From: an uncultured Verrucomicrobiae bacterium
GTDB lineage: Bacteria; Verrucomicrobiota; Verrucomicrobiia; Opitutales; JABDGR01
Direction of reading: 5' to 3'
NCBI GenBank assembly: GCA_963765205.1
Contig: CAVXVB010000005.1
Coordinates: 64,001-128,000 of the forward strand
DNA: 64,000 nucleotides
Of the stretch, positions 28,143-38,692 are shown piece after piece. Position numbers and translations under genes: made by a program. The notes under the pieces are model-generated. The model was not told where the DNA came from, ran no database searches, and was given only the letters and a program-made list of their open reading frames with translations. Every line of letters begins with the position of its first letter. The first letter of the stretch is position 1.

Positions 28143-28847
28143 TCACATACCCAGCTTCAATTCCGGTTCCGGGTCGTCCGGTGGTGCCAAGCAACCCGGA
28201 CCCTCGCTCCGGGGCTTGTTGCCGTATCGGTTGACCTCGCGGGCAACCATACGCTTACCAGCTATCGGTTGGCAAAGTTTCTGGATGGTTGATTCCGAAA
28301 GGGGCTGGTCGCCAAGCCAGCGGAGCATGTCTGCCGGGGTCAATACAACCGGCATTCGGTCATGCAAGGTGGCAATCAACTCGTTAGGGTGGGTCGTCAA
28401 CATGCTAAAACTTGGCGGTAGGTCGTCGGCCAAGCCCGGTTCCCATATCCCGGCGATTGCAAACGGTTCCTCGTCCTTCAACATGAACACAAAGGGGCGG
28501 CTGGACTTGCCCTGGGTAATTGACTCATAGAATCCGTTGGCGGGAATAAGGCATCGTCGTCGCTGCACGGCCTCGCGGAAACTAGGCAAAGTTGTGACCG
28601 TTTCGGAGCGGGCATTGTGCAAGAGTTTCTTCTTCGGATTGCCCCGCTGAAACGAAGGGACGAGCCCAAACATCATCGGCGCAAGGGTTATCTCGGCCTT
28701 TTGCTCCGCAAACACCGGCGCAACTTCGCTGATGCGAATGTTGAAACGGTCAACCAACCACGCCGGGCGGCGATACATCTGCCCGACGGCCTTGGCGACT
28801 GCCGCCAGTGCGGCATCGGATTTGTGTAGGGTATAACGGACACACAC
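28143..28847 (-). CDS. SOS response-associated peptidase (SRAP/YedK/HMCES)
   Basis: N-terminal (M)CVRY with catalytic Cys2, NARSET, RCLIPANGFYE, HDRMPVVL. Confidence 0.9.
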   Translation of the reverse strand: MCVRYTLHKSDAALAAVAKAVGQMYRRPAWLVDRFNIRISEVAPVFAEQKAEITLAPMMFGLVPSFQRGNPKKKLLHNARSETVTTLPSFREAVQRRRCLIPANGFYESITQGKSSRPFVFMLKDEEPFAIAGIWEPGLADDLPPSFSMLTTHPNELIATLHDRMPVVLTPADMLRWLGDQPLSESTIQKLCQPIAGKRMVAREVNRYGNKPRSEGPGCLAPPDDPEPELKLGM

Positions 28848-28935
28848 GCTATGAGTTCAACCGATTTTTGATCGCGCCGCAAGTCGGACATACCAGTGAA
28901 TCCGTAGTCAAAGAACCTCGTCGAGTGTTTCCGCC

Positions 28936-29154
28936 TTACCAGTCGGGGGCGACAACTGCATTTGGATCAATGCCAACCCAACGGCACACTTCCCGGTGGG
29001 TAGTTCTTCCGTAAAGGCGTGGCTGCCGATGCGGATAGAGGGTTCCGTCCAGAAGCGCCAAGGCAATCGCGTCTTTTTCAAGCGGGATTCCCGCCTTCGT
29101 CAAACAGTTGGCGGTTCGTCGGGTCAAGCCGTTCGTTAAGCGGATGGACTTCAT
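28936..29154 (-). CDS. Small protein resembling the RNA polymerase alpha C-terminal domain
   Basis: GLTRRTANCLTKAGI ... LYGRTTHREV parallels alpha-CTD LTVRSANCLK...NLGKKSL.EI. ATG at 29154. Confidence 0.5.
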   Translation of the reverse strand: MKSIRLTNGLTRRTANCLTKAGIPLEKDAIALALLDGTLYPHRQPRLYGRTTHREVCRWVGIDPNAVVAPDW

Positions 29155-29433
29155 GCCGATCAATGGAATTTGATCTTCGTTTGGCAGCCTGTCAAAAAGA
29201 AATCCCTTGCGTATGTCGTCGGGCCTAAAGCAGTCCCCGGACAAATGACTTCCAGGTGAGTTTACGCCGGGGTCTGCGACTGCACATCTAAAACGGGACC
29301 CGCAGTCCGGGGAGCAGACGGGCGGGAGGTGTATCGAATATGGAACGCCCATTCGGTCGCCGCCCCGGTCTGTGGGGCGTCTTGATTTCATTTTGACTCT
29401 TTTCCTTGCCGTAAGCAGATTGAATTGCTTGCT

Positions 29434-32400
29434 ATGCCCGCCACCGTCAATAACTCCGGCCTGCGCGACAATTACTCTCGTGGTAATGTCGCGGATTTCC
29501 TGCGCAACAAGGTTCAGGACGGGTCGCACCTCTCGGTCGTTTCAGCTTACTTTACAATATACGCTTATGATGCCCTCAAAGACTGCCTCGACCGAATAGA
29601 CCATCTCGACTTCCTGTTTGGCGAACCCTCCTTTGTCAATCGCCTTGACCCAGAAAAGACAGAGAAAAAGGCATTTATCATTGATGCCGCCGGACTTGAA
29701 TTAGCCAACAAGCTTCAACAAAGGCGCGTTGCGCGTGAATGCGCCGATTGGATTGAACGGAAGGTGGACATCAAGACGATCAAGCAGTCCAATTTGCTGC
29801 ATGGAAAGATGTATCACGTTGCCACGGCTGGAGTAGATGACGCCATTTTGGGCAGTTCCAATTTTACCGTGCGCGGCCTTGGCCTGGGAAGCGCTGGAAA
29901 TAATATCGAATTGAATCTGATCGTGGACAGCAATCGCGACCGGCAAGAACTCAAACAGTGGTTTGATGAGCTTTGGCTTAACCCCGCACTTGTTAAAGAT
30001 GTCAAGCAAGAGGTTCTCAATTACTTAAAGCAGCTTTACGAAAATAACACCCCTGAATTTATTTACTACAAGACGCTTTACCATATTTTTGAAAAGTTTC
30101 TCGGCGATGCAGGCAAGACCGATGCTGAATTGGGTCAAACAAGTCTATTTGAAACGGACATTTGGAAAACGCTCTTTGAATTTCAAAAGGACGGAGCCAA
30201 GGGCGCAATAAACAAAATCCTTCGCCATAATGGCTGCATTCTGGCCGATAGTGTCGGCCTGGGGAAAACCTATGAGGCTCTTGCGGTCATCAAGTATTTT
30301 GAGCTGAAAAATGAGCGTGTGCTCGTGCTATGCCCGAAAAAATTGCGCGAAAACTGGACGGTTTATAAAGCAAACAGCTTGCTCAATCCTCTTATCCAAG
30401 ACCGTTTCCGCTTCGACGTTCTCTCACACACTGATCTGAGTCGTGATCGGGGTATTTCTGGCGACATCAATCTTGAAACGCTCAATTGGGGTAATTACGA
30501 CCTAATCGTCATAGACGAATCGCACAATTTTAGAAACAACACGCCGGGCAAGCGCGATGACGAGGGTAACATAATCCGCAAGAGTCGTTACCAACGCCTC
30601 ATGGATGACATCGTCAAAGCCGGTGTTCGTAGCAAAGTCCTTTTGCTCTCGGCAACTCCCGTAAACAACGACCTCAAAGACCTTCGCAATCAAGTGTATT
30701 TTTTAACGGAAGGAAAGGACGAAGCCTTTTCAGAATCTCTCGGCATTGGCAGCCTCAAGGAAACCCTGGCAACCGCGCAGAAAGTGTTCACTCAATGGGC
30801 GCGCAAGCACTCCTCGGAACGGAAAACCAGTGAGTTGCTCGAGAAGCTTAATGCTTCGTTTTTTAAATTGTTGGATGAATTGACAATAGCCCGATCCCGA
30901 AAACACATTCAGAAATACTATAAGGAGACCATCGCTCTGCTAGGCGGTTTTCCTGAGCGAAAGAAACCCGTTTCTATATACCCCGAAATTGATTTGCGGG
31001 GCCACTTCCTCTCCTACGATAAGCTCAATGATGAAATCACGGGCTATAAGCTGTCGCTTTTTAGCCCTTCCAAATACGTTTTCGATGAATTCAAACCGCT
31101 CTACCAAACTCCCTCTAATGACCCTTTTACACAGGCAGACCGTGAAAAGTTCTTAATCGGAATGATGAAAATGAATTTTCTCAAACGCTTGGAAAGTTCG
31201 GTGAAGTCATTTGAGATTACGATGGAACGCACTATCGCAAAGATTGAAAGCCTGGAACGCAAAATCCGCAATTTTCAAACCCTTCCAAACCAAAACCCTG
31301 AATCGGATGAACTGGAACTTGAACTTGATGATCCCGGCCATGATGAGGAGTTGGAAGAGGCGTTGCTCGTCGGTGGAAAGTTCAAATATAAACTTCAACA
31401 TCTGCGTCTGAATGATTGGCTCAAGGAATTGAAGAAGGACAAAGACCAACTCCGCATTTTGTTTAACGCTGCACGGAATGTAAACCCCGCCACTGACGCC
31501 AAACTGCATGAACTCAAGAAACTAATTGCAGCTAAAGTCTCCGAACCAACCACAAATAAGCTCGGCGAACCAAACAAGAAAGTTCTCGTATTTACCGCGT
31601 TCGCAGATACCGCAACTTATCTTTACGAGTCGCTTCACGAATGGGCTACAAAAGAGAAGGGAATCAACATCGCATTGGTTTGTGGCGGCGGGGACACCCG
31701 CACAAACTTTGGCGAGCGTCCATTTGACCAGATTCTGACGAACTTTTCCCCGCGCTCCAAACATAGGAGCAAGATTCCGACTATGCCGCAAAATGGGGAA
31801 ATTGATCTCCTTATCGCCACTGATTGTATTTCTGAGGGGCAAAATCTTCAAGACTGCGACTATCTCGTCAACTACGACATTCATTGGAACCCCGTTCGCA
31901 TTATCCAACGCTTTGGTCGCATAGACCGAATTGGAAGCGCAAGTCACTCCGTTCAACTCGTCAATTTTTGGCCTACGGAAGACCTTAACAAATACATCAA
32001 CCTCAAAAACCGTGTCGAGGCACGGATGGCCCTCGTGGACATCGCTGCAACTTTTGAGGACAACATTCTTCAAAATCAGGAAATCGAGGAGCTAATCCAT
32101 GAAGACCTTCGCTATCGGGACAAACAACTCCTTCGCCTAAAAGATGAGGTGCTCGACATTGAAGACCTTGGCGATAGCGTTTCGATGAGTGAGTTTACTC
32201 TCGACGATTTCCGGCTGGAACTTCTGAAATACATCGAAGCCAACCGCGCTGCTTTGGAAGCGGCTCCGTTTGGCCTTTATACGGTGGTTCCGCCCCACCC
32301 GGAATATAAGGTCATTGCGCCAGGCGTCATCTTTTGCTTCAAGCAGGAGCAAAGCCAGCCTGTGGGTTCCGATGTGGCAGGCGTCGCGAAGTCTGCCTCC

Positions 32401-32766
32401 GCAGAGTCCATCAACCCGCTTCAACCACACTTTCTAGTTTATGTGCTTGATGATGGGAATGTTCGCTTTGGCTTTGCCCAGCCCAAGCAAATTCTCGATA
32501 TTTACCGCATCCTCTGTTCCGGGAGGGGTGAACCGTATGGCTCGCTCTGCGATCTTTTTGACAAACAGACTAACCACGGCGCGGAAATGAAGGCATACGA
32601 TGTGCTTTTGCAAAAAGCCGTGAATTCTGTCGCTGCCACTTTTCGCAAACGTGCCGCCTCCGGCTTGCAAACAGGCCGTAGTTTTGTTTTGCCCAATGAA
32701 CAAGCGCAAGTGATTGAAACAACCGATCTCGAACTCGTTACCTGGCTCGTCATCAAGGCCCCATGA
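29434..32766 (+). CDS. PLD-nuclease + SNF2-family helicase
   Basis: SAYFTIY, LHGKMY...GSSNFT (single HxK PLD motif), LADSVGLGKT, IDESHNFRN, LSATP, SEGQNLQ, QRFGRIDRIG. Confidence 0.9.
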   Translation: MPATVNNSGLRDNYSRGNVADFLRNKVQDGSHLSVVSAYFTIYAYDALKDCLDRIDHLDFLFGEPSFVNRLDPEKTEKKAFIIDAAGLELANKLQQRRVARECADWIERKVDIKTIKQSNLLHGKMYHVATAGVDDAILGSSNFTVRGLGLGSAGNNIELNLIVDSNRDRQELKQWFDELWLNPALVKDVKQEVLNYLKQLYENNTPEFIYYKTLYHIFEKFLGDAGKTDAELGQTSLFETDIWKTLFEFQKDGAKGAINKILRHNGCILADSVGLGKTYEALAVIKYFELKNERVLVLCPKKLRENWTVYKANSLLNPLIQDRFRFDVLSHTDLSRDRGISGDINLETLNWGNYDLIVIDESHNFRNNTPGKRDDEGNIIRKSRYQRLMDDIVKAGVRSKVLLLSATPVNNDLKDLRNQVYFLTEGKDEAFSESLGIGSLKETLATAQKVFTQWARKHSSERKTSELLEKLNASFFKLLDELTIARSRKHIQKYYKETIALLGGFPERKKPVSIYPEIDLRGHFLSYDKLNDEITGYKLSLFSPSKYVFDEFKPLYQTPSNDPFTQADREKFLIGMMKMNFLKRLESSVKSFEITMERTIAKIESLERKIRNFQTLPNQNPESDELELELDDPGHDEELEEALLVGGKFKYKLQHLRLNDWLKELKKDKDQLRILFNAARNVNPATDAKLHELKKLIAAKVSEPTTNKLGEPNKKVLVFTAFADTATYLYESLHEWATKEKGINIALVCGGGDTRTNFGERPFDQILTNFSPRSKHRSKIPTMPQNGEIDLLIATDCISEGQNLQDCDYLVNYDIHWNPVRIIQRFGRIDRIGSASHSVQLVNFWPTEDLNKYINLKNRVEARMALVDIAATFEDNILQNQEIEELIHEDLRYRDKQLLRLKDEVLDIEDLGDSVSMSEFTLDDFRLELLKYIEANRAALEAAPFGLYTVVPPHPEYKVIAPGVIFCFKQEQSQPVGSDVAGVAKSASAESINPLQPHFLVYVLDDGNVRFGFAQPKQILDIYRILCSGRGEPYGSLCDLFDKQTNHGAEMKAYDVLLQKAVNSVAATFRKRAASGLQTGRSFVLPNEQAQVIETTDLELVTWLVIKAP

Positions 32767-35700
32767 ATGATTTGGACATTAAAAAGTCTATCGAAGCTGC
32801 GCTCAAGAAATTTGAGACACAGCCGTTGGCTGCTGCTGCCTTTCATCTGTTTGAAGTGCTGGGATACTCCAGCCAAAAACGGTTAAAACTGACTCCAAAC
32901 ACTCTTGGGCAATTTCTTAACACTTTTGCCAATGGCAAGACTCTCAACGACTCAGTAGCGCTGCCCGATGAATGGAAGTCAATCGACTTTCTTTTTCAGC
33001 TTACCGATGATGAAATTCGCGCAAGCAGCAAACAGCAAATCCTTTTTGAAAGCAAAGGCTTCTATGCAGGGGCGTTCGTCAACTCCTACCTGTTTTTTGC
33101 CCTTGAATTGAAGGGCACCAATTATAGCCGCACCGCGCTCGCCGGTATTACCCGCGAGATAAATAAGCTCTTTGCGATGCCAGCAATTGTATTGTTTCGG
33201 CATGGCGGGACCGTGACCCTAGCTGTGATCCCGCGTCGCCAGCATAAGCGCGACGAGGGCCGGGATGTTCTGGAAAAGGTCACTCTGATTAAGGATATAG
33301 GCATCGGCACCGCTCACCGTGCGCACATTGAAATTCTATTTGACTTGTCAATAGATGCGCTGCACGAAAAGCACAGTTTTTCTAATTTTGTTGAACTTCA
33401 AAAGGCATGGCAAAAGACCCTTGTAAGTTCGGAGCTAAACAAACGGTTCTTTCTGGAAATCTCCAACTGGTATTTTTGGGCGAGTGAGCACGTCTCATTT
33501 CCAAAACCGCCCGAAATTGAGAATTTGGAAGCCTATCAATCACTTAGCCTGATTCGCTTGATTACGCGGGTTATCTTTTGTTGGTTTCTGAAAGAAAAGG
33601 GACTAATTCCACGAGAGCTTTTTGATGAAACTCGCGTTCGTGATTTGCTGACCAGTGTTGCTCCTGGCGAGTCCACTTACTACCGGGCGATACTTCAAAA
33701 CCTTTTCTTTGCCACGCTGAGTGTGCCAATGAATGAACGGCGATTTATCGGAGGCTCATTCCAAGGCAAAAGCAACGACTACGGCAAACAATACGTCTAT
33801 CGCTTCGCCGATCATCTACGTGATCACGATGCCATGCGCAGCATTTTCAAAGATGTGCCTTTCTTGAATGGCGGCCTTTTTGAATGCTTGGACAAGGTTC
33901 CTAATGCTGATGAGCCTGACATTGTGGAATCGCGCATGGACGGGTTCTCTACCAAGGCAAAGAAGCAAGCGCATGTTCCAAATTTTTTGCTATTAGGGGA
34001 CGGTGCCACCGTTGACCTGCGCCAATCTTTTGGAGACGAGCCGCGCTATAGCCGGGTCAAAGTGCGTCCCTTAATTGAGATTTTCGACAGTTACAAATTT
34101 ACGGTAGCGGAAAGCACTCCGGTGGAAGAAGAAATCGCGCTCGACCCAGAATTGCTAGGCATGGTTTTTGAGAATCTACTGGCCTCCTTCAATGCAGAAA
34201 CCAAATCCACGGCCCGGAAGCAAACTGGTGCGTTTTACACTCCTCGTGAAGTGGTGGATTACATGGTGGATGAAGCCCTCATTGCCCATTTTAAGACGGT
34301 GCTGGTTAAGGCCCCGGAACTGGACGACCGCCTCCGTCATCTATTTGCCTATACCGAGGCAAAGCATCGTTTCACTGCTCCAGAGACACAAATTTTGCTT
34401 GATGCAATAGATTCCGGCACTTCAACCATTAAAATTCTCGATCCCGCCTGCGGTTCCGGTGCGTTCCCAATGGGTATTCTGCATCGGCTAGTTTTTTTGC
34501 TCCAAAAACTTGACCCTGGCAATGCGGGTTGGCGCGAACGCCAACTTGAACGCGCTCGCTCTCTTGACGTTGGCCGCGAAGCCGCAGTCAGTGCTGTCGA
34601 GGCAGCATTTGCTCGTGGAGAGGATGATTATGCTCGGAAGCTTTACCTCATAGAGAATTGCATTTACGGCGTGGATATAAACCCAATTGCATGTCAGATC
34701 GCCAAGCTTCGCGTTTTTATTTCTTTAATCGTGGATCAAGAACCGGATGAGACACGCGAGAATCGCGGTATCATGGCGTTGCCGAACTTGGAAACCAAGT
34801 TTGTCGCGGCGAATACACTTTTTCTCCTCTATCGGCGGGGCGGCCAAACCCTTTTGACAAGTGACGCAGTAAGAAAGAAGGTGACCACTCTTCTGCAAGT
34901 TCGCCACGACCATTTCAACGCTAGGCACTGGAAAGATAAACAAGTTCTTCGCAGAAAGGACAAGCGCCTCCGCGAAGAAATCGCCGATCAACTTCGCCAG
35001 GATGCCATTGTCCCAGGTCATGAGGCCGACCGCCTCAAGGATTGGGACCCCTACGCGCCAAACGACTACTCCGAATTTTTCGATCCCGAATGGATGTTCG
35101 GTCTGACAGTAGCCAAGCTTTCCAAGGCTGCCGCTGTAACTCTGGGTGGAAACCTCGCACTTATCAACGAGGCAGGCGGGCAACAGGAACTTCTTCCCCG
35201 ACAACAAACCGAGAGCGGTTTCGACATTCTCATCGGAAATCCTCCTTATGTTCGCCATGAAAGCATTAAGGAAATTAAATCTGAACTAAAAGCGGATTAC
35301 TACTGCTACAGTGGGACTGCTGATCTTTTCGTTTATTTCATTGAACGGTCATTAGACTTGCTCAAGACAGGCGGCATACTTTCCTTCATTACTTCCAACA
35401 AATATTTCCGTGCGGGTTATGGCGAACGCCTACGATATTTTGTTGGATATTCGAGCCACATTCTTCATTTAATTGATTTTGGAGACGCCAACGTCTTTAC
35501 GGCAATTGCTTACCCAAGCATAGTTATTGCGCAAAAGGTGAAGGAGACAAGGGACAAGGGGCTGCTTCCTGAACCTCCCGCCAAGAATGTCATAGAAAAG
35601 AATCTTAACAATTGCGTTGATACTCGTGTGCTGGTTTGGGAAATCGGCCCCTCAATTGAAGAATTTCCAAGAATTTTTCTTGAAAAGAGTTTCTTCATTC

Positions 35701-36776
35701 CACAGCAAAATCTTACTTCTGGAGGCTGGCGATTGCAAAGCACAGCGTTAGACCGACTCCTTGACAAAATTCGCAAAAGCGGCACCACACTAGGCGAATA
35801 TGTAAAAGCAGGACTCTATTATGGCATTAAAACTGGATTCAATGATGGCTTTGTCGTGCCGAAAGAAACTCGTGACCGTCTCATTTGCGAACACAAGTCT
35901 TCTGCTGAATTACTAAAGCCATTTATACGCGGTAGAGATGTGAAGCGTTGGGGATGTGAAGATTCAGAACAATATCTAATTCTTATCGAATCCTCTGAAA
36001 ACAAGGAACACCCCTGGTCGGACAAACCCGAGAAAGAAGCAGAGAGAATCTTTGCAAAGACTTACCCGGCGATTTACGCATTTCAAAAAGGCCACCGCCA
36101 GTCTCTCAAAGACCGGACTGATCAAGGCCGTTTTTACTGGGAATTGCGCTCATGCGACTACTGGAAGGAATTTGAGCATACAAAAATTCTATATCCTGAC
36201 ATTTATGAACATCAGAGTTTCTTTTGGGATGACGAGGGGCGTTATGCGGCAAATACATGTTATTTCATCCCGACTAATGAGAAGTGGCTAACCGCATTGT
36301 TAAATTCCTGGGTTGTAGAATGGTATTATTCCAATATTTCAAACCGAATACGCGGTGGATATTTACGGGCATTTTCTGACTATATGCGCCAAATTCCAAT
36401 TCCAATCGTAAGTCCTCACGAAAAACTCATTTTTGAAAACCTTATCAGTTACGTTCAATGGTCGAGGATGCATCTAAAGATTAAAGATGGCTCGAATCCT
36501 CGTGATCCGATCATGCTCGGTTGGTGGGAGAGAATTCTCAATGGATTGGTTTACGAACTATATTTCGCCGGCGAGCTTCACGACAGTGGCCTACATATTT
36601 TTGACCTAGTTGGTGACGCTAACTTTTTGGTCTTAGAATCCATACCGGAGTCGAGACGACTTGCATATGTTCGCGACCAATTTGAACGCACATACGCGTC
36701 CGACCATTCTATGCGCGGTGCATTACACACCCTAAGTTCGCTGGAAACCGTCCGGACTATTGAACGCGAAGCATGA
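32763..36776 (+). CDS. N6-adenine DNA methyltransferase, type IIG/Eco57I-like, with TaqI-like specificity domain
   Basis: FLNGGLF, GAFYTP, LDPACGSGAF (motif I), GFDILIGNPPY (motif IV), GIKTG, C-terminal TRD region. Confidence 0.9.
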   Translation: MNDLDIKKSIEAALKKFETQPLAAAAFHLFEVLGYSSQKRLKLTPNTLGQFLNTFANGKTLNDSVALPDEWKSIDFLFQLTDDEIRASSKQQILFESKGFYAGAFVNSYLFFALELKGTNYSRTALAGITREINKLFAMPAIVLFRHGGTVTLAVIPRRQHKRDEGRDVLEKVTLIKDIGIGTAHRAHIEILFDLSIDALHEKHSFSNFVELQKAWQKTLVSSELNKRFFLEISNWYFWASEHVSFPKPPEIENLEAYQSLSLIRLITRVIFCWFLKEKGLIPRELFDETRVRDLLTSVAPGESTYYRAILQNLFFATLSVPMNERRFIGGSFQGKSNDYGKQYVYRFADHLRDHDAMRSIFKDVPFLNGGLFECLDKVPNADEPDIVESRMDGFSTKAKKQAHVPNFLLLGDGATVDLRQSFGDEPRYSRVKVRPLIEIFDSYKFTVAESTPVEEEIALDPELLGMVFENLLASFNAETKSTARKQTGAFYTPREVVDYMVDEALIAHFKTVLVKAPELDDRLRHLFAYTEAKHRFTAPETQILLDAIDSGTSTIKILDPACGSGAFPMGILHRLVFLLQKLDPGNAGWRERQLERARSLDVGREAAVSAVEAAFARGEDDYARKLYLIENCIYGVDINPIACQIAKLRVFISLIVDQEPDETRENRGIMALPNLETKFVAANTLFLLYRRGGQTLLTSDAVRKKVTTLLQVRHDHFNARHWKDKQVLRRKDKRLREEIADQLRQDAIVPGHEADRLKDWDPYAPNDYSEFFDPEWMFGLTVAKLSKAAAVTLGGNLALINEAGGQQELLPRQQTESGFDILIGNPPYVRHESIKEIKSELKADYYCYSGTADLFVYFIERSLDLLKTGGILSFITSNKYFRAGYGERLRYFVGYSSHILHLIDFGDANVFTAIAYPSIVIAQKVKETRDKGLLPEPPAKNVIEKNLNNCVDTRVLVWEIGPSIEEFPRIFLEKSFFIPQQNLTSGGWRLQSTALDRLLDKIRKSGTTLGEYVKAGLYYGIKTGFNDGFVVPKETRDRLICEHKSSAELLKPFIRGRDVKRWGCEDSEQYLILIESSENKEHPWSDKPEKEAERIFAKTYPAIYAFQKGHRQSLKDRTDQGRFYWELRSCDYWKEFEHTKILYPDIYEHQSFFWDDEGRYAANTCYFIPTNEKWLTALLNSWVVEWYYSNISNRIRGGYLRAFSDYMRQIPIPIVSPHEKLIFENLISYVQWSRMHLKIKDGSNPRDPIMLGWWERILNGLVYELYFAGELHDSGLHIFDLVGDANFLVLESIPESRRLAYVRDQFERTYASDHSMRGALHTLSSLETVRTIEREA

Positions 36777-38686
36777 AACTGACCAAGATCACTTTGAAGG
36801 ATTTCCGAGGCTTTCCTTACGAGGAAAGCTTTAATCTTCCCGACGGCAAGAATCTTCTTTTGCATGGTGAGAACGGAAGCGGAAAGTCCTCAATCTATAG
36901 GGCATTGGTTGAGTTTCTTAATCAAGGTAAAGACGCGGCTCCGTTTTGGAAGCTTCGTAATTTATTCGCAGCCGGGATCGAAAAATCATTTGTAGATGGG
37001 CACGTTACCCTAAGTCTTCAAGATGGGTCGAAGCATGAGTGGCGGTGCCTTGGTCAGCGTCCAAATAGTGATGCTAATCTGCCACAGTTGACTCGTGAAT
37101 GGTGGGCCAATGCCGCCCAGCGCGCGTCACTTCTTGAATATCGCTCACTGCTACGTATGCATTATGGCAATAAGGCGATTCAAGAACAATTGTTTGACCT
37201 GGCGGTTACCACGCTGATTGCAAACATTCCCGTCGTGGGCATAGGAGGCAAGGAAAAGTCTGTTGCTCTTCTTTGGAAGGAACTCCAGGAGAGTAAACCA
37301 TACCGACATTCAAAATGGCAGTTAAGGAGGGTTGCTGAGGCAGAGAAGGCATTTAACGAAGGGGTGAGAGGCATTCTCCCCGATGTGCAAAAAAGGGCTG
37401 AAGAGCTTCTCGGATACTTTGCTGGAGTTGGACTTAAGTTGCATTTTGGATTGCCTGGTGTTCGTTACAATGGAAGGCCTCGCTCAACTCGTGATCGAAA
37501 ATTTGAAAACAAAGTATTAGAATTTGAAGTAAAACTGCATGAGGTTGTTTTGCCGGAATGGAATGATTTACTAAATGAAGCCAGACTTTCCGCGTTAGCT
37601 ATTTCCTTATATTTGGCAGGTGTGAGTATGAGCAATCCGGTAGTGCCTTCCGGTGTTGCACCACCGCTAAAGCTGCTGGTGCTCGATGACGTGCTTATCG
37701 GATTGGATTTATCAAATCGACTCCCGGTTCTTCGGATTTTAGAAGAACGATTTGCGGATTTTCAAGTGTTGTTGTTTACTCATGACCGTGTTTGGTACGA
37801 TATGGCGCAGTTAGCATTCAAGAATCCTGAAAATTGGATTTGCTATGAGATGCATAGCAAAGAGATTAGAGAGGGGGATTTCGTCTTTGATGCTCCCGTC
37901 CTAAAGCCACAAATTGGCAATCTTGCAGAATATTTTCTTAAAGAGGCTGAAGAGCATTTGAACGTTCAGCACGACACACGAACCGCAGCCCTTCATACGC
38001 GTGTTGCCTTGGAAGTAAAGCTGAAAAGCTATTGCAGTGATAAGAGGGTAAATGTCGCTTATGATTTAGATGGAAGGCATTTAGACACTGAGCACTTTCT
38101 TAGCGCAATTGAGCGCCGACTAAACTGGAGCGGGACTTTGAATTTAGCGCTTTTCCATCTACAGAAGATAAGACTCTTCCGTGCGGGTGTATTGAATCCG
38201 TTGGCGCACTTTCATCCTGTTTCATTAGCGCGTGGCGAGGTCGCTACCGCAATCGAGGCGGTTCGGAACTTATCTTTCCCTAAAGAGAATAGGGACTTCG
38301 CCAAAGAAACTGACCGAATTTTGGGGAAAAACAGTCTGTCTTCAGAAGAAGTAATTGACGCGGCCTGCTATCTGCGAACCGCTTTTGAAGTGGACGTTCG
38401 TTACTTGCTCAAAGCACGGGGAGGCAAGGTCGAATTTCGTGATGATTGGTCTAAAATTTCATTAAGTGAATTGTGGGAAGCTGCAAAGGTAACGATGCAT
38501 CGGGTGAATCCAATTGCGGCTACTTTATTGATCGCTGAAATTGAATCTCACTCATCCGTTTATCTTCGGGATTGGGGCTATGCCGAGGTATCTCGTTTTA
38601 CTAAGACAAACTTGGATGCTGCTTGGCTCATTCTTAGAGTACCACCTCCCTCGGTTGCCAAGACTCGTCTTTCAACGTTTTTCTAA
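36773..38686 (+). CDS. ABC/SMC-type ATPase with possible C-terminal HEPN-like domains
   Basis: MKLTKITLKDFRG, GENGSGKSS, LNEA (signature position), LLVLDD, FTHD. Helical C-terminal extension. Confidence 0.75.
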   Translation: MKLTKITLKDFRGFPYEESFNLPDGKNLLLHGENGSGKSSIYRALVEFLNQGKDAAPFWKLRNLFAAGIEKSFVDGHVTLSLQDGSKHEWRCLGQRPNSDANLPQLTREWWANAAQRASLLEYRSLLRMHYGNKAIQEQLFDLAVTTLIANIPVVGIGGKEKSVALLWKELQESKPYRHSKWQLRRVAEAEKAFNEGVRGILPDVQKRAEELLGYFAGVGLKLHFGLPGVRYNGRPRSTRDRKFENKVLEFEVKLHEVVLPEWNDLLNEARLSALAISLYLAGVSMSNPVVPSGVAPPLKLLVLDDVLIGLDLSNRLPVLRILEERFADFQVLLFTHDRVWYDMAQLAFKNPENWICYEMHSKEIREGDFVFDAPVLKPQIGNLAEYFLKEAEEHLNVQHDTRTAALHTRVALEVKLKSYCSDKRVNVAYDLDGRHLDTEHFLSAIERRLNWSGTLNLALFHLQKIRLFRAGVLNPLAHFHPVSLARGEVATAIEAVRNLSFPKENRDFAKETDRILGKNSLSSEEVIDAACYLRTAFEVDVRYLLKARGGKVEFRDDWSKISLSELWEAAKVTMHRVNPIAATLLIAEIESHSSVYLRDWGYAEVSRFTKTNLDAAWLILRVPPPSVAKTRLSTFF

Positions 38687-38692
38687 AAAACC

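Noticed and set aside
29160..29430. Possible oriT or structured ncRNA
   Set aside because: Only short GC hairpins. No recognisable nic motif and no relaxase in the window.
29434..36776. DISARM or BREX system
   Set aside because: An SNF2 helicase and MTase are present, but drmA/drmB and pglZ/brxC are not.
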